Assembly (NCBI GenBank): GCA_002269645.1
Contig: NIVC01001046.1
Span: 310,705 to 374,704, forward strand
DNA: 64,000 bases
Direction of reading: 5' to 3'
From: Macrostomum lignano
Taxonomy: Eukaryota
Below the pieces are notes generated by a model. The model worked only from the letters and a program-made list of their open reading frames with translations. It did no database searches and was not told the DNA's origin. Numbering within the stretch: the first letter of the stretch is position 1; every line of letters begins with the position of its first letter. The position numbers and the translations under genes are program-made. Shown here one piece after another: positions 1-12,400 of this stretch.

Positions 1-326
1 TCCCTCTTGACCGTCCCTCATGACCGACCCTCATGACCGTCCCTCATGACCTCATGACCTCCCTCCTGACCGTCCTTCATGATCGTCCCTCCTGACCGTC
101 CCTCATGACCGTCCCTCATGACCGTCCCTCCTGACCGTCCCTCATGACTGTCTCTCATGAACGTCCCTCATGACCTCCCTCATGACCGTTCCTCATGACC
201 TCCTTTATGACCTCCCTCATGACCTCCCTTATGACCTCCCTTATGACCGTCCCTCAAGACCGTCCCTCATGACCGTCCCTCATGACCGTCCCTCATGACC
301 GTCCCTCATGACCGTCCCTCATGACC
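1..326. repeat. 13-bp tandem repeat (CCTCATGACCGTC-like), truncated by window start
   Basis: Directly visible, diverged copies of ccctcatgaccgt running up to the GPCR stop codon region. Confidence 0.95.
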
Positions 327-344
327 TCCATTGCAATCTTCTCT

Positions 345-1632
345 TCAAACTTCCACGCCGCCCTGGCCGCCATCCGCGGCTTCAATCCGCTGCCTGCTGC
401 TGCCTCCCCGAAGCGACGATGCCGCCTGCCCGACGTTGGTCGCCTGCTGGCCGCCGCCACCGCCGCCGCCGCAACAGCCGCCGAAACGGCACAGCGGCAC
501 TTGCATGAGAATGTCTACAGGGCCTCGAGAGAGCAGGCAAGCGATGGCCAGGTAGATGGACTGCATAGCCTGCAGCATGTGGAACAGGTACCACAGGCAG
601 AGTGCCTCGCAGTTGGGGTGCAGCGCCAGCGCCACCAAGCCACAGGGCCAAACAGCCGCCTGACTGACCGCCAACCGGCAGAGCAGCTGCACCGCGTTAG
701 CGGCCGATTCAGCGCCTGCGGCGGCCGCGGCGGCTGCGGCGCTACGCGCGGTGGCGCTGACAACCCCGGCGCGTCCAGCCGTCGCTGCTGCCGCCGCCGC
801 TGAGGCCGCCGCCGCCTCCTCAGAAGCAGCTTGCGCTTCCGGAAGCAGATCGTCTCGCAATAGCAGCAACGGCGGAAGCAGCAGCCAGTAGATGAAGGTG
901 GCTGGACCGGCTAAAAGCAGGGCGTAGCCAACTGCGGCCGGGTGATCGGAGCCGCTGCCGCCGCTGCAGTTGCGGAAGAGAAGAGCGGTGCTGACCCGGG
1001 TGTAGCCAGTGTCCAGCGACTCTGTGAATGGCGATTGTTGCGTTTTATGAGCCGTCTCAAGGTTCAGAGGGTGGGGTTGTGTGTTTGCTGGGTTCAGAGA
1101 TAGGTCAAAGCTATCATTGCTGACCGGAGATCCAGCGACCTGTCGCTCCCAGCGCCACCGGCACTCCGGCGAAGATGCCGCAGGTGGCGAGACCCGCAGC
1201 CAGTCGGCGACGCCAGCCGCTCGAGTCCATCACTATCAGAGCGGCCGTCGAGGAAGGCGGCGGCGGGCGCCGGACCAGTCGACTTCGGACCCGCCGGCGG
1301 CGCCGATGCCCGATCCGGCGCCACAGGCTGGCGGCGCCCATGGCAACCAGACCGGCGCACAGTAGGTGACAGAAATGCCCGACGGAGTTGCCGACAGCCA
1401 GGAGAACCGGCGAACTGGCGATGCCGGCAATCAGATTGGCGGCTCCGCCGGCTGCGTGAGAAACCAGTGCGGAAACCTGCGCCCAGCCGTACAGTCTGCG
1501 CAGTTCGGGCAGGTAAGCCAGCGGCGCCAGGTGCAGCGCCATCGCCGCTTGGCCAACTGCCAGACACGTGAGCGGCAGCTGCATGTAGAAGCTTCTATCT
1601 GCTATCAGCATCCTTTGGTAGCCAACCATCCC
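345..1632 (-). CDS. Family-B (secretin/adhesion/Methuselah-like) 7TM GPCR, 7TM region; apparent frameshift at ~820-870
   Basis: Exon ~1632-1125 encodes TM1-TM4 (LAPLAYLPELRRLYG..FCHLLCAG..LWRRIG), matching the Mth-like 'LPELRNLxG' signature. The phase-1 intron 1022-1124 (GTCAGC..TTCACAG) joins to ESLDTGY..GYALLLAGPAHLHLL (TM5). TM6-TM7 (VQLLCRLAVSQAAVWPCG..LWYLFHMLQAMQSIYLAIACLL) lie in another frame ending at TGA 345-347. The 5' end is uncertain. Confidence 0.7.
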
Positions 1633-1759
1633 TATTTTATTTGAATTCTCAATCTCCCAACACTGAGCCAATAGTGTCTCGTAAATCTCCGGAGCAATGA
1701 AAGCAGCTCCTAGCTGGATTGTGTGGGACTCTACTACCCTACACACTGTTCTACTTCCA

Positions 1760-2075
1760 CTGCGCACTCCACCCCATTCTGTGTCACCCCTCCCCATTCA
1801 GCACCCACCAACCCATTCTGTGCCACCCCTCCCCACTCAGCACCCACCACCTCATTCTGTGCTACCCCTCTCCACTCAGCACCCACCACCCCATTCTGTG
1901 CTACCCCTGTCCACTCAGCACCCACCACCCCATTCTGTGCTACCCCTCTCCACTCAGCACCCACCACCTCATTATGCGCTACCACTCCTCATTCAGTACC
2001 CACCACCCCATTCTGTGCTACCCCTCCCCACTCAGCACCCACCACCCCATTCTATGCTATCCCTCCCACTCAGCA
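1760..2075. repeat. 39-bp minisatellite
   Basis: Unit ~ccccactcagcacccaccaccccattctgtgctacccct; gives 13-aa periodic ORFs in several frames. Confidence 0.93.
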
Positions 2076-2589
2076 CACAAGCTGGAAGAACTATTTAATT
2101 AGCAGACTATGATACCCTATAAGCCAAACCTACGCTCGTAGACTCTAGCGGCAAAAAAATCTTGCAATTTTCCTAAACCTTTAGCGAGTACAGTACAGTG
2201 CAGAGTTTAAAAAGTTTCACCCAACCCAAGTAGAAGTTCCAGCTTCTTGAGCCGTTCTAAGAAAGTTCCCTGATTAGTCACGCACTGAGGGAAAATATTC
2301 GAAACGATAATTGCCGGATGAAGCATGAATTCAGCCTGAGAAGAGACAAAATTATTCAGCCGAAGAGCAGACAGAACTTTTTTATAACGGATTTCGAATT
2401 CTTGTCGTTTTGAAGATAGAAAAAATTCTTGTTAGGAAAGACTGAGAAGAAAATGATTTATATAAATTAGTAATAATAGCATTTTTAATTTCAAAGTCCC
2501 TTTGAGGAACCTCCGCAACTGTGGGATTACTTCAGAATAATCCCCGTATTCGCTAATTTTTTTCATTAACAACTTTAAGAAGCTTCATA

Positions 2590-2800
2590 GAATTCACTTC
2601 ATCACGGGGCCACAGCAGTCAACGCGCCTGACTCGGGTAGCCCGGGGTTCGATGTCGTGCGCGGCCATATTCGGAGCATGCAATTTGGGGCTTGCGAACG
2701 AAAATTTACACATAGCTGAGGCTTGTGAGGTGAGGGCCAACCCCTTAGGCACAGAGAGTGTGCATGTCTGACGATTAGAAAGTCGGGGCCGTGGTACAAC
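2590..2800 (+). mobile_element. Diverged tRNA-derived SINE-like copy related to the 24.7-25.5 kb/56 kb family
   Basis: B-box-like GGGTTCGATG followed by 'ggccaacccc..ggcacagagagtgtgcatgtctgacgat', which resembles the SINE body at 25310-25350 and 29800-29830. Confidence 0.5.
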
Positions 2801-3189
2801 CAAGGAAACTCAAGTAGAAAACTTTCATATACAAAAAGCTATAGGGTTCTATTCTAATTATATATGCTACGTACAGGTCCTGTGCCTAAAAATCATTTTA
2901 AAAGTGGCACGACTTGACTCATTGGTTTTATGAATCTACTTTTATCATTCTGTTACACAGAATTATCAAGCTAAGAATGATTGTTACTATAATATTACTT
3001 CCAGTAGCAAGACTGGCTTTGTTGAAAAATCGTATGTTTTTTATTTATTTAACCGCATGTAATACTCTGATTTTTAATAAATGAATAATTAAGTAAATAT
3101 ACGCCATTTAATTCGTATTCTATGTTTAAAACGTCCTCAGCAGCACTCAATGGTTCTCGGCTCTCGGGATGCAGCCTCGTTCATTGAAA

Positions 3190-4923
3190 CCATAGACTAT
3201 GTGAATTTTTAACCTACAGATATGACGGTTCACACTAAATTCCTAGGCTCCTTCTTTTCTAGTGAAACGATAGTCTATGGCCAAACCTCACTAAAAAACG
3301 AAGCCTGAGAACTCAAAACGAGGTCTAAGAACAAGACCTGAGAACATTTTAGAACGACTATAATTTGTCAGTTAGTCTATTAGAAGTATAAACTATCAAC
3401 AGCAGTAACGACCGATTCATTCTTGCCGATTCACTCGAACATGATTTCTACGGTGTTGGTGTCACCGTGGACAGTCATGCGCATCTTCTTGGTAGTACCC
3501 TCAGACACGACATCTTGCTCATTGGTCCGCCCGTTGGACTCCACGGCTCCTCCGGCGTGTAGAGCGTAGGTCATACGCGAATGATCCTGGACGTCTAGCC
3601 GTATGTACCTCTCTATTGCGTTGGACGAATGTCCAGTGACGCGGGCTATATCGTCCCTAGCCAGTCCAGCCCGATGCAACGTGCTGGCACAAGTCTTCCT
3701 TAGAGACTGGTTTGAGAATTTACCATCCGTAGACACGGGCTTGGTGATATTCGCCACAATGGAGTCGAGAGTATGCCGGCCGATAGGTCCATTCTGGTAC
3801 CATCTGCCGCTGTTAATGGCAGACTCACTTCGAAACCAAGTCAGAAAGAGGTTCTCGTGCTTACATTGCTCCGGTCGTTAGCCGTCGTAGATTTTATAGA
3901 TGCACGGAAGGCAGCGCTCATGATCTGGGGTGTGCGAAGCCATGACAACCTTCACAGGACGATTCTTGCTTCTGATCCCAGCGTTGTTGATTTTCGTGCT
4001 CCGCTCCTCTCTGTAGACCAACATTTCCTGGCCATCGTGTAGTTCCAAGCAAATCTCTTTGCTCTCTCTTTAGACTGTGCAGCTCTGTACCACCACGTAT
4101 GGCGAAGTTTTTTCTGATATAGAACACGAGCGTATACACCAGAGTCTTGGGATCGCCTGTACCAAGGAGTTTCTTATCCCATAGATCTTTTTCCATGTCG
4201 AACGGAATCGGGTCAGAAGCAAACTTTCCAGCAACGTTGCCCTCCTTGGTCGTCTCCTTCATCGCAGCATCAAGCGCTCTTCGAGCACCCAGAAAATCGT
4301 CATCTTTTCATAGATTCCAGTTAGTGCCAAGTCCAAAATGTACGTGTCGCTGCAAAATGTTAAACATATCTCTCAGACTGCTCGAGTTATACTTGGTACT
4401 GTGTAACCTCGAACAGGAAGGTCTTTAGTACGAGCTAGATAGTTCCAATCCGATTTTCCCCATTCGGAACGCTCCTTAAACACAAAAAAGCAGGCGTCTC
4501 CATGAAGCAGTTTGGTTTGCCTCTCCTGAAACCAGTCGTCAAATTGCTTTAGTGCCCATCGTTCCTTCCGGCGTGTCGATTCCGGCACAGCAGCGTCAAT
4601 CCTTTCAGCGTTATCGGACAGTAAAGCAAATCTAGAAGCCTCGTTTTCTCTCAATTCAGTCATTCAACCAGTCGAAAGCGAGTTCCAAGTCGTGTTCCAT
4701 GATTCTCAGTTCTCTCTGATTTTCTCTAGCTGCCCAAACCTTTCCTTTCTCGCTTTTAATTTAAGCATCGAATCTTTTACTTTAATTTTTGTGTCTATGG
4801 TTAAATGTGGGGGGCTGCGCCCCCCACACCCCCGCTTTTGACGAATACCTCACTCGCACTCCCAGTCGCTTCCAATATCTGTAGATTAAGTACGATCTTC
4901 GTCTGTTCTTTTGGTGTCTATGG
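3190..4923 (-). mobile_element. Degenerate Crypton-type (DUF3504-like) tyrosine-recombinase transposon
   Basis: Fragments across frames 4663->3431: STRRKERWALKQFDDW; SLRDMFNILQRH..ARRALDAAMK; LWDKKLLG..LVYTLVFYIRKNFAIRGG (catalytic R); ERCLPCIYKIY; WYQNGPIGRHTL; FSNQSLRKT..TGHSSNAIERY (HxxR box with H->Q, H, catalytic Y). It has two in-frame stops and several frameshifts. It is flanked by CCATAGAC (3190) and GTCTATGG (4793, 4916); exact ends are inferred. Confidence 0.85.
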
Positions 4924-6085
4924 CAGAAAGACCTCGGACGCAATTCTCGGCCTTTCTCTGCCATAGGAACCAAAAGAACAGACAAAGATTATATACAACA
5001 GCGTTTATCATACATGAAATACGATTGCTTATTTACATGAAACTCCCTCGTCAGCAGTGTCCCCGTTGGGAATTGGGGGTGTAGGCGCGAAGACGCACAT
5101 TCCGACCATAGACAAAAATATTCATCAAGAAAACTTTACAGTAACAGTCACAAAGGTCCGAGAAACGCAGGCACACGAAAGTCAAGAACACACGGCCTGA
5201 ATCTTGTTGCGCCACCTTCTCAAACAAGAAGAAAGTCGTCAGTCGTCCAAGATCGTCGAGATTTTCAACGATTCTGCCAGAAGGTCGGATTTGTGCGCCA
5301 ATCAGCATTGCGCCTAGGTGCAGCCTTGCCAAGCCCCCAAATTTCATCAGCACGTCGTACTCTGCAGTAACGGCCCCTCTCCTCCTACATAAAATCCCCC
5401 TTGGTAGTTCGACGGGCGAAAAAATGGCTTGGTATTCCTACTGTTCAGTCATACTCCCACAGACTACTGTACAGTATAAGATCCAAATATTAATTAATTT
5501 AAAACGACTTCTGTTTATCGAATTGTGATTACTTCAAGTAAAGTATCGCTTTTTTATTGGCCATGTGTAATGCCAGAATTTTTTTATAAGTTTTTATTAT
5601 AATTACAGATAAAGATCAGCCGACCAGCGAACTGACTGATTAAGTTCTCAATCAGCAATTATTAATCAAAATACGATAATTTTACAGAGCAGACAATTTT
5701 TGCTTCTCGCGAATAAAAATACATTCAGCCTAAATAGTGTGAAAATCCTTTTTGCTATGAAAAATGCACCACATACTACTTTAAGACGTTTGATCATTAA
5801 TCTTAAGGATGAGTGAATTACTTATAAATACTAATTTTAGCTGAGTAGTACAACGCTTGCTGAGAAATTTTTATCGGATCAAGGTTGGTCACGTGATATA
5901 GCAGACAGGGACCTCTAGATTATCTGGAGTGGAAGCTGCAGACTCTTAAGCAATGTAAAAAATCTTTCTAGCGAATTGAAACTTCGGCCTGGCTTCTAGT
6001 CCAAGTTTCTAGAGATCCCTGCTAGTCGGCTTTCATATAGTATTTCACATTTAGTCCCCGCGGAATCCGGCCTACGGGTGGAGAG

Positions 6086-6646
6086 TCATCGGATGGTGGC
6101 CAGAGTGGCGATGGCCAGCAGGATGCCGACCCCGTGGAAGGCGAGCGCCACGCTGCAGGTGACCAGCTCAGCCGTGAGGGTGTAGCTCTGCCACAGGATC
6201 AGGTAGATTGAGCCGATAATTGGCGGCACCGCGAAGCCGATTCCCAGCGCCAGGGACACCCGATTCTCGGCCAGATTGCCGTGCATTGACAGGCCGATTC
6301 GGGCCAAGTCGAGGCCGCAGATGACGAACACGAGGATCACCTCGGACGCCAGGATGCCGTTGGCGAATGGCAGATTCTCTCCTTTCCAGGCGAAAATGAG
6401 TATCTGGAAGAGGCAGAACAGGCCGACATAGTACTTGTTTAGGTACAGAATGGCTTGGAAGATCATTAACGAGCGGACATCGCTGTTGGCCCGTTGCGCC
6501 GTAGCTGGCGCCGGTGAAGTCCCGGATGGCCCGGTCCCAGACCCTGCTGCCGCCCCCGCCGCCGCAGCGGGTGCCGCTGTGTCGGCCGGGGCTGCCACTG
6601 CAGCCGCCGCATCGCCGGTGAGTGGAGCCTGCTCCTCGCCGCTCAT
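6086..6646 (-). CDS. TMEM216: Ciliary transition-zone membrane protein, TMEM216/TMEM80 (Transmemb_17) family, single coding exon
   Basis: ILYLNKYY..FAWKGENLPF..GLDLARIGLSMHGNL..LILWQSYTLTAE aligns with recalled human TMEM216 (LFFLNGWY..LYKGVLLPY..GNL..LLLQTYVLRLE). Four hydrophobic segments follow an Ala-rich N-terminus. Confidence 0.88.
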   Translation of the reverse strand: MSGEEQAPLTGDAAAAVAAPADTAAPAAAAGAAAGSGTGPSGTSPAPATAQRANSDVRSLMIFQAILYLNKYYVGLFCLFQILIFAWKGENLPFANGILASEVILVFVICGLDLARIGLSMHGNLAENRVSLALGIGFAVPPIIGSIYLILWQSYTLTAELVTCSVALAFHGVGILLAIATLATIR

Positions 6647-8345
6647 GACAATTCTTTCACTGCTGCAGTGGACTGGAATTCAAAAATGAAATACATAAAG
6701 TTTACTTTTCTTATGACTCTGGCTGCACCAAAAATTAAATTACTCAAAAATCTCCAATCCGCACTTTGTTTAGCAATTCGAGTTACATATAAATCTCAGT
6801 AGAGCTTATACATTTGAAAATAGAACAAAACTTAAAGAGCTTTATCTTGTACTAATCTCTACACTACAGAATTACTGTGCTGCTTTTTTCATTAGAAGCA
6901 TTGCAATATTTTAAAAACCTATACATACTAATACCATCCCTTTTAATTTTGGCTTTTGTAGTAAAACCAGCAATATACTATTTTTCGAATTTAGTACGCA
7001 TTTTTATGGTATAAAAATTACTGTGAGAATTCAATCAATAATAGATGAAATTTTCTGTTTTGAGTGCTTAGATTAGCGCTAGATAAATATGTGTTCATAA
7101 AGTATATTTAGAAATCAGAACATCTGTCTAAATTTGCATGTAAAAATAGAATGAAGTATGCAGCTGGCTGTATTATAAAAATAATAACCCAATAAATTCC
7201 TCGAAGAACCTATGAATTTTTCTTCTTAAATCCTGAATCAAACAAATATTGCCTAACTGTGTAAATATTTTAAGCTGTGTTACGGTTGAACAGAAAACAA
7301 AAAATTGTTGAATTTACTAAAATTATAGAATGACTAAAACTAATGAAAATAAAGAATTTCTTCAAGTTGATTTAACTTTTATTTGCATAACAACTAAAAC
7401 TTGCGAAAGTATTGCTTAAAAATGTGTCAAGCTTGTTAAACAATATTATAATTTTTAAAAAGTTGTTATAACGCTTAATTCCGTAGTAACACGACACCCA
7501 CAAATCGGAACAAAGGAGTTTCAATTCACATGTTTTAAATTTATTTTTTTGTACGGTGCGGGTTAGATAACTAGGTACGTACAATATATCATTATAAATC
7601 TCATAATATCTTTTGTTGAGAGATTTTACAGCTGCTAGGTCAATATTATTCGCTGAACCTTTTGTTCGCGAATTGGAGCTGAAGTAATGGTTGTATAGCT
7701 AAATTTGAAAATATGAGAATATTTCTTCAGATATTTTTGTGACACTATACTAGGTAATATTATATATAATTAGTTTGTCTGGTGAATTAAAAAAACTCTT
7801 CTGAAAATTTTACTGCAAGATTTAGTTAAAAGAATGGTATCATATCACATGTTGATATAGACAATTGATGGATAAAAAAAGTATTTTTTTTAAATGTATT
7901 ATTAATATTACATTTAAAGCTTAAATTTTTTTCCACAAAGAGCTATGTTAGCCCCCAAAACTCATTCCACCACTACTATTGAATAGTATAAAAAGTTTTA
8001 TATTTCTCTAATAGCTGTCAAATTTCCCAGAATCTGTTTCACTTGCTAGTTTAAATTTTATTTTGTATTTTAATGTAATATATTATACATCTTAATAATA
8101 CATGAAATATGGGTTGCAAATAGTATTTATTTATTTACTCTGATGAATTATATTTAATTAGTTGTTTTAGCTTTGCATTCAGATATTTCAATGCACCCAT
8201 ATCAATAAATATGCCATTTAAATAGACAAACTTAAGGATTTTCATATTTTTTGTTAATCTATCATTTGATTTAATTTTTAAACTGCCAGTATGCTATTTC
8301 CTCTATACTCTGAACATGCAGTTACCTATATGTGTTCTATATTGG

Positions 8346-8602
8346 TGTGTTGGATTTGGAGTGCCTGCGTACCGACCCTCTGCTATGTGTAGCGTCGCCA
8401 GTGTACACTTGGCGGTCCCCGTCTCAGAGTGTGTTGGGGTGGGGTTGATGTGCGTGAGGCGTTGATGAGTTAGAGAGTTGGAGAGAGAGAACATCGATTT
8501 AATTTAATATATATGCAATAATTTAGCCACAGGGCTCATTTACCTGTTTTTTTGTTAAAGTCTAACCCTCAGATTTTATTAGACTTAATTATTTCTTTAA
8601 CA
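8346..8602 (+). repeat. 5' LTR (257 bp)
   Basis: No differences from the 3' LTR seen by eye; starts TGTG, ends AACA. Confidence 0.96.
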
Positions 8603-8684
8603 TGGCGCCCGAACCAAAATCACAGTAAAATCAAGCAGTGAGCGCAAGAGTGCTACAGTGACTCAGCGATTTTTCAACAACAGC

Positions 8685-9446
8685 ATGGACTCCAGGAAGA
8701 GAGGCGTGTTACGAGCGACGGTCACCAGACTGGCACAGAAAGCCGAAGACCTGCTCAAAACAGATGCTGCTGAAGATGAAATCGACAGCGTTCTAGAGGC
8801 TCTACGGTTCAAGAAGCAGCAGCTCCAAGCAGCAGATGAAGAGCTCGCCGCGGAGGTTGACGAGAAGGACGTGCAGGCTGAAGCAGAGACGACAATGGAG
8901 TACGACCTGCTGGCTGGCAAATTGATCTCGAACCTCACCAGACGGCTCCAGGAGCTTCAGACCGCGCGGACCGGCACGCCGCAGGCAACAAATCTGCTGC
9001 AGAATACAGCCATACAGACGACGACTTCGTCCAAGTCTTCGGAAGAGAATTCTTCAACGACAAGGACTCAGACTGCCATCAGGTTGCCAAAACTGCCGCC
9101 ACCGTCATTCAGTGGCGATCGGACCCAATGGACGGAATTCTGGGACCGCTTCAACTCCAGTATCCATGACAACCCGAGCCTGAGTGTCGTCGACAAATTC
9201 AGCTACCTGCAGTCGTGTCTGTCTGGGGAAGCCCGAAACTCGATCGCTGGTCTCAACATCACGAAGGACAACTACCATATCGCCATCGACAACCTGCAAC
9301 GACGATTTGGATCCCGCAACGGAGCCGTGCGCGAGCACCTGGCAAAGTTCTCGGTGCTGACCTGCTCCAGTTCGTCGGCACAGCACCTGAGGAATTTCTA
9401 CGACCAAGTCAATGGAAATGTCCGCAGTCTGACGAATCTCGGGTGA
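8685..9446 (+). CDS. BEL/Pao Gag, N-terminal part (DUF1759-like)
   Basis: RLPKLPPPSFSGDRTQWTEFWDRF..IHDNPSLSVVDKFSYLQSCLSGEA motif. First ATG is at 8685. Stops at TGA 9444-9446, where the frame shifts into the downstream ORF. Confidence 0.9.
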   Translation: MDSRKRGVLRATVTRLAQKAEDLLKTDAAEDEIDSVLEALRFKKQQLQAADEELAAEVDEKDVQAEAETTMEYDLLAGKLISNLTRRLQELQTARTGTPQATNLLQNTAIQTTTSSKSSEENSSTTRTQTAIRLPKLPPPSFSGDRTQWTEFWDRFNSSIHDNPSLSVVDKFSYLQSCLSGEARNSIAGLNITKDNYHIAIDNLQRRFGSRNGAVREHLAKFSVLTCSSSSAQHLRNFYDQVNGNVRSLTNLG

Positions 9447-12400
9447 GTGTCGAATCTTACGAATCCATGTTGCTGCCCAACTTGCTGGCGAAGCTGCCGG
9501 AAGTCGTTCGTCTCGGGATGCTGAGAACTGCTCGGATTGCTTCCGTCGGTTATTCCTTTGGTAGCAGCTTGTCGCAGATGAAGGATGGCAATGGCTTAGA
9601 TTCTGTGACGGAGTTTCTGCAGGTCTTGGAAATGGAGATTTTAGTCCGGGAGGAGGCGGCCGTTGGAGCTGGAGGGCAGACGTCCGGTTCCAATGGAGCG
9701 TCCAAGACTGCTGGTGAGAAACAGACAAGGGATGGCGGCACAGTGGCTGCGCTTCACACGAAGGTCAAAAAGGTCAGCACGGCTTGTCCCTTCTGCGAAA
9801 CTGAACATGCTCCAGAGAAGTGCACTCGCCTGGTAGACGTTGCGGCACGACTCCAGTTTTTGAAGGAGCAGAGGCGTTGCTTCAGCTGTCTCTGCAAGGG
9901 ACACAGCGTCAAGACCTGCTACCACAAGAAGCAATGTGAATTCTGCCAGATGAAGCATCACCCAAGTCTCTGTAGCGCACGCATGGAGAAGCTGCAGGGT
10001 AAGGATGGACCGAAGGCACCCGGCTCCACACTTGGAAAGGTGGGAGAAGACCGGAAGAAGTCCGAGCAGGCTGCTGCACAGAATGTGAAGAGTCAAGAAG
10101 TGAAGACCATGGCTATGGTGACAAAAGCTCAAACAGTGATCCTTCCAACAGCGGGAGCTGTACTGATTTCGACTGTTAACAATCAGGAGACTCCGGTGCG
10201 AATTCTCTTTGACTCTGCAAGCAACCGTTCGTTCATCTTGACCAGCTTGGCTGAGAAGATGGGGCTCCAGGTCATGGGCAGAGAGACGATGGAGGTGACA
10301 ACATTCGGTGGCACAGAGGCCAAGGTGCTGCAGACTGCGATGGTCGAGTTCAAGCTTCGGAAATCTGACAGCACCGCCCAGTTCACAGTGCGCGCCAACA
10401 CAGTGCCTTACATCTGCTCTCATCAGCCAGTTGTCAGCAGCTTGTGCATGAAGCACTTTCAACACCTCGACATGGCAGACTGGGACATCGGTGGTGAACA
10501 GAATCCCGAGATCAGTATCCTCATCGGAGCTGACCAATTCTACGACCTCGTCACAGGTCAAGTGATTCGCTCAGAGGTCGGCTCCGGTCCAGTTGCCGTA
10601 TCCAGTCAGCTCGGTTGGTTGCTGTGCGGGTCACTGTCAGATGGGATCGCCGCAAGTGAGCTAGAGACTAGGTCAGAGCAGGTTCTTCTCTGCTGTGCTC
10701 AAGGAGCGGAGAAAGGTCTGGACAGCAGCACCATCGAGGCGTTCTGGACTTTAGAAGGTCTCGGCATCAGAAGTGCAGCCGAGCCTGATCAGCGTCCACT
10801 GACTCTGAATGCCCAGTTCCAAGAGGGTCGCTACTCAGTTCAGCTGCCGTGGAAGATTCCCAAGAAGGAATTAAGATTGCCCGACAATTTTGAGGTAGCG
10901 TTCAAGAGACTAAAGAACAATCTGACGAGGCTGCGTCGTGAGCCTGCGCTACTTCAGGAGTACCACCGCATTCTGACCAGTCAGAAGGAAGCTGGCGTAG
11001 TCGAAGAAGCTCCAGATGGGACCAGCGATCTCATCCACTACCTACCCCACCGAGCCGTAATCCGTCCTGAAGCTGAATCGACCAAAGTTCGAGTGGTTTT
11101 CGACGCGAGTGCCAAGCGAGATCAGTGCAGTCCATCGCTGAATGACTGTCTGGAAACAGGAACCTGTTCGTTGGCCGAGATTCCGCGACTGCTTCAGGCC
11201 TTTCGACTTCATCCGATCGCCTTGACTGCCGATATTGAGAAGGCTTTTTTGCAGATCCGAATTGCAGAAGACGATCGCGATGCTCTACGATTCCTCTGGC
11301 CACGGGATCCCAGTCAAGCTGATTCACCTCTCGTTGTTCTGCGCTACGCTGCTCTGGTGTTCGGACTCACCTGCTCACCTGCCGTCCTGGAGACTGTCAT
11401 TCAACACCACTTGGCATCTCACCGAGGCCAGCATGCAGAGTTCGTGGATAAGGTGTCCAAAGAAATCTATGTGGACAACCTGATCTCTGGGTGCGTGGAT
11501 GAACAGCAGGCCCTGGATCTCATCCAAAAATCCCGGCACATATTCCAACAGGCTGGAATGAATCTGCGACACTGGCAGTCCAACAGCAAGAATGTATTGA
11601 AAGCGGTTCGCGCCAGCACACTAGACAGTGATGTTCTTGCTCCGGCGTTGTCGGCGGTGACAAAGGACATCACGGAGGACCCCTCCAGCTATTCAGCCGC
11701 CTCCTTGGGCGAAGATGGCGTATCGTCAAAAGTCCTCGGGCTGCGATGGGAGACAGGATCGGACGTGTTCGTGCTGCAGTTTTCTCCGCCAGAAGATTTG
11801 CTCAAGGCGTCGCCCTCCAAGCGTGTCGTGCTACAGCTGCTGGCCCGTGTCTACGATCCTCTGGGCTTCCTGGTTCCGCTGCTTACGTTGCCGAAATCGA
11901 TGTTCCAGAAGCTGTGCGTTGAAAAGATCGCTTGGGACTGCCCGCTAAAGGAGCCGATTAAGCAGCAGTGGCTGAAGTGGTTGCAGGAGATGCTGGCAGG
12001 TCGATTTCAAGTTCCAAGGTTGGTGCTTTCGGCGACGAAGGAGGTCGAGGAGATACAGCTGCATGGGTTCTGTGATGCGTCAATCAAATGCTATGCGGCG
12101 TGTCTTTACCTGCGAGTGCAGTACACCGATGGTTCCGTCAGCTGCAACCTGGTGGCCGCCAAGGCGAGAGTGGCTCCACTGTCGGTTCTTTCAATTCCTC
12201 GGCTCGAACTCCTGGGTGCCTTGATACTCGCCAGACTGTTGACATCATCCATGAGTCAGTATCCTCATGTTCGCCAGGTGTTTTGCTGGACAGACAGTGC
12301 CGACACGCTCTACTGGATCCGGCAGCACAGACCCTGGAAGCTCTTTGTTCATAATCGGGTGACGGAGATCCGCCGCCTGGTGCCAGAGGATGCCTGGAGA

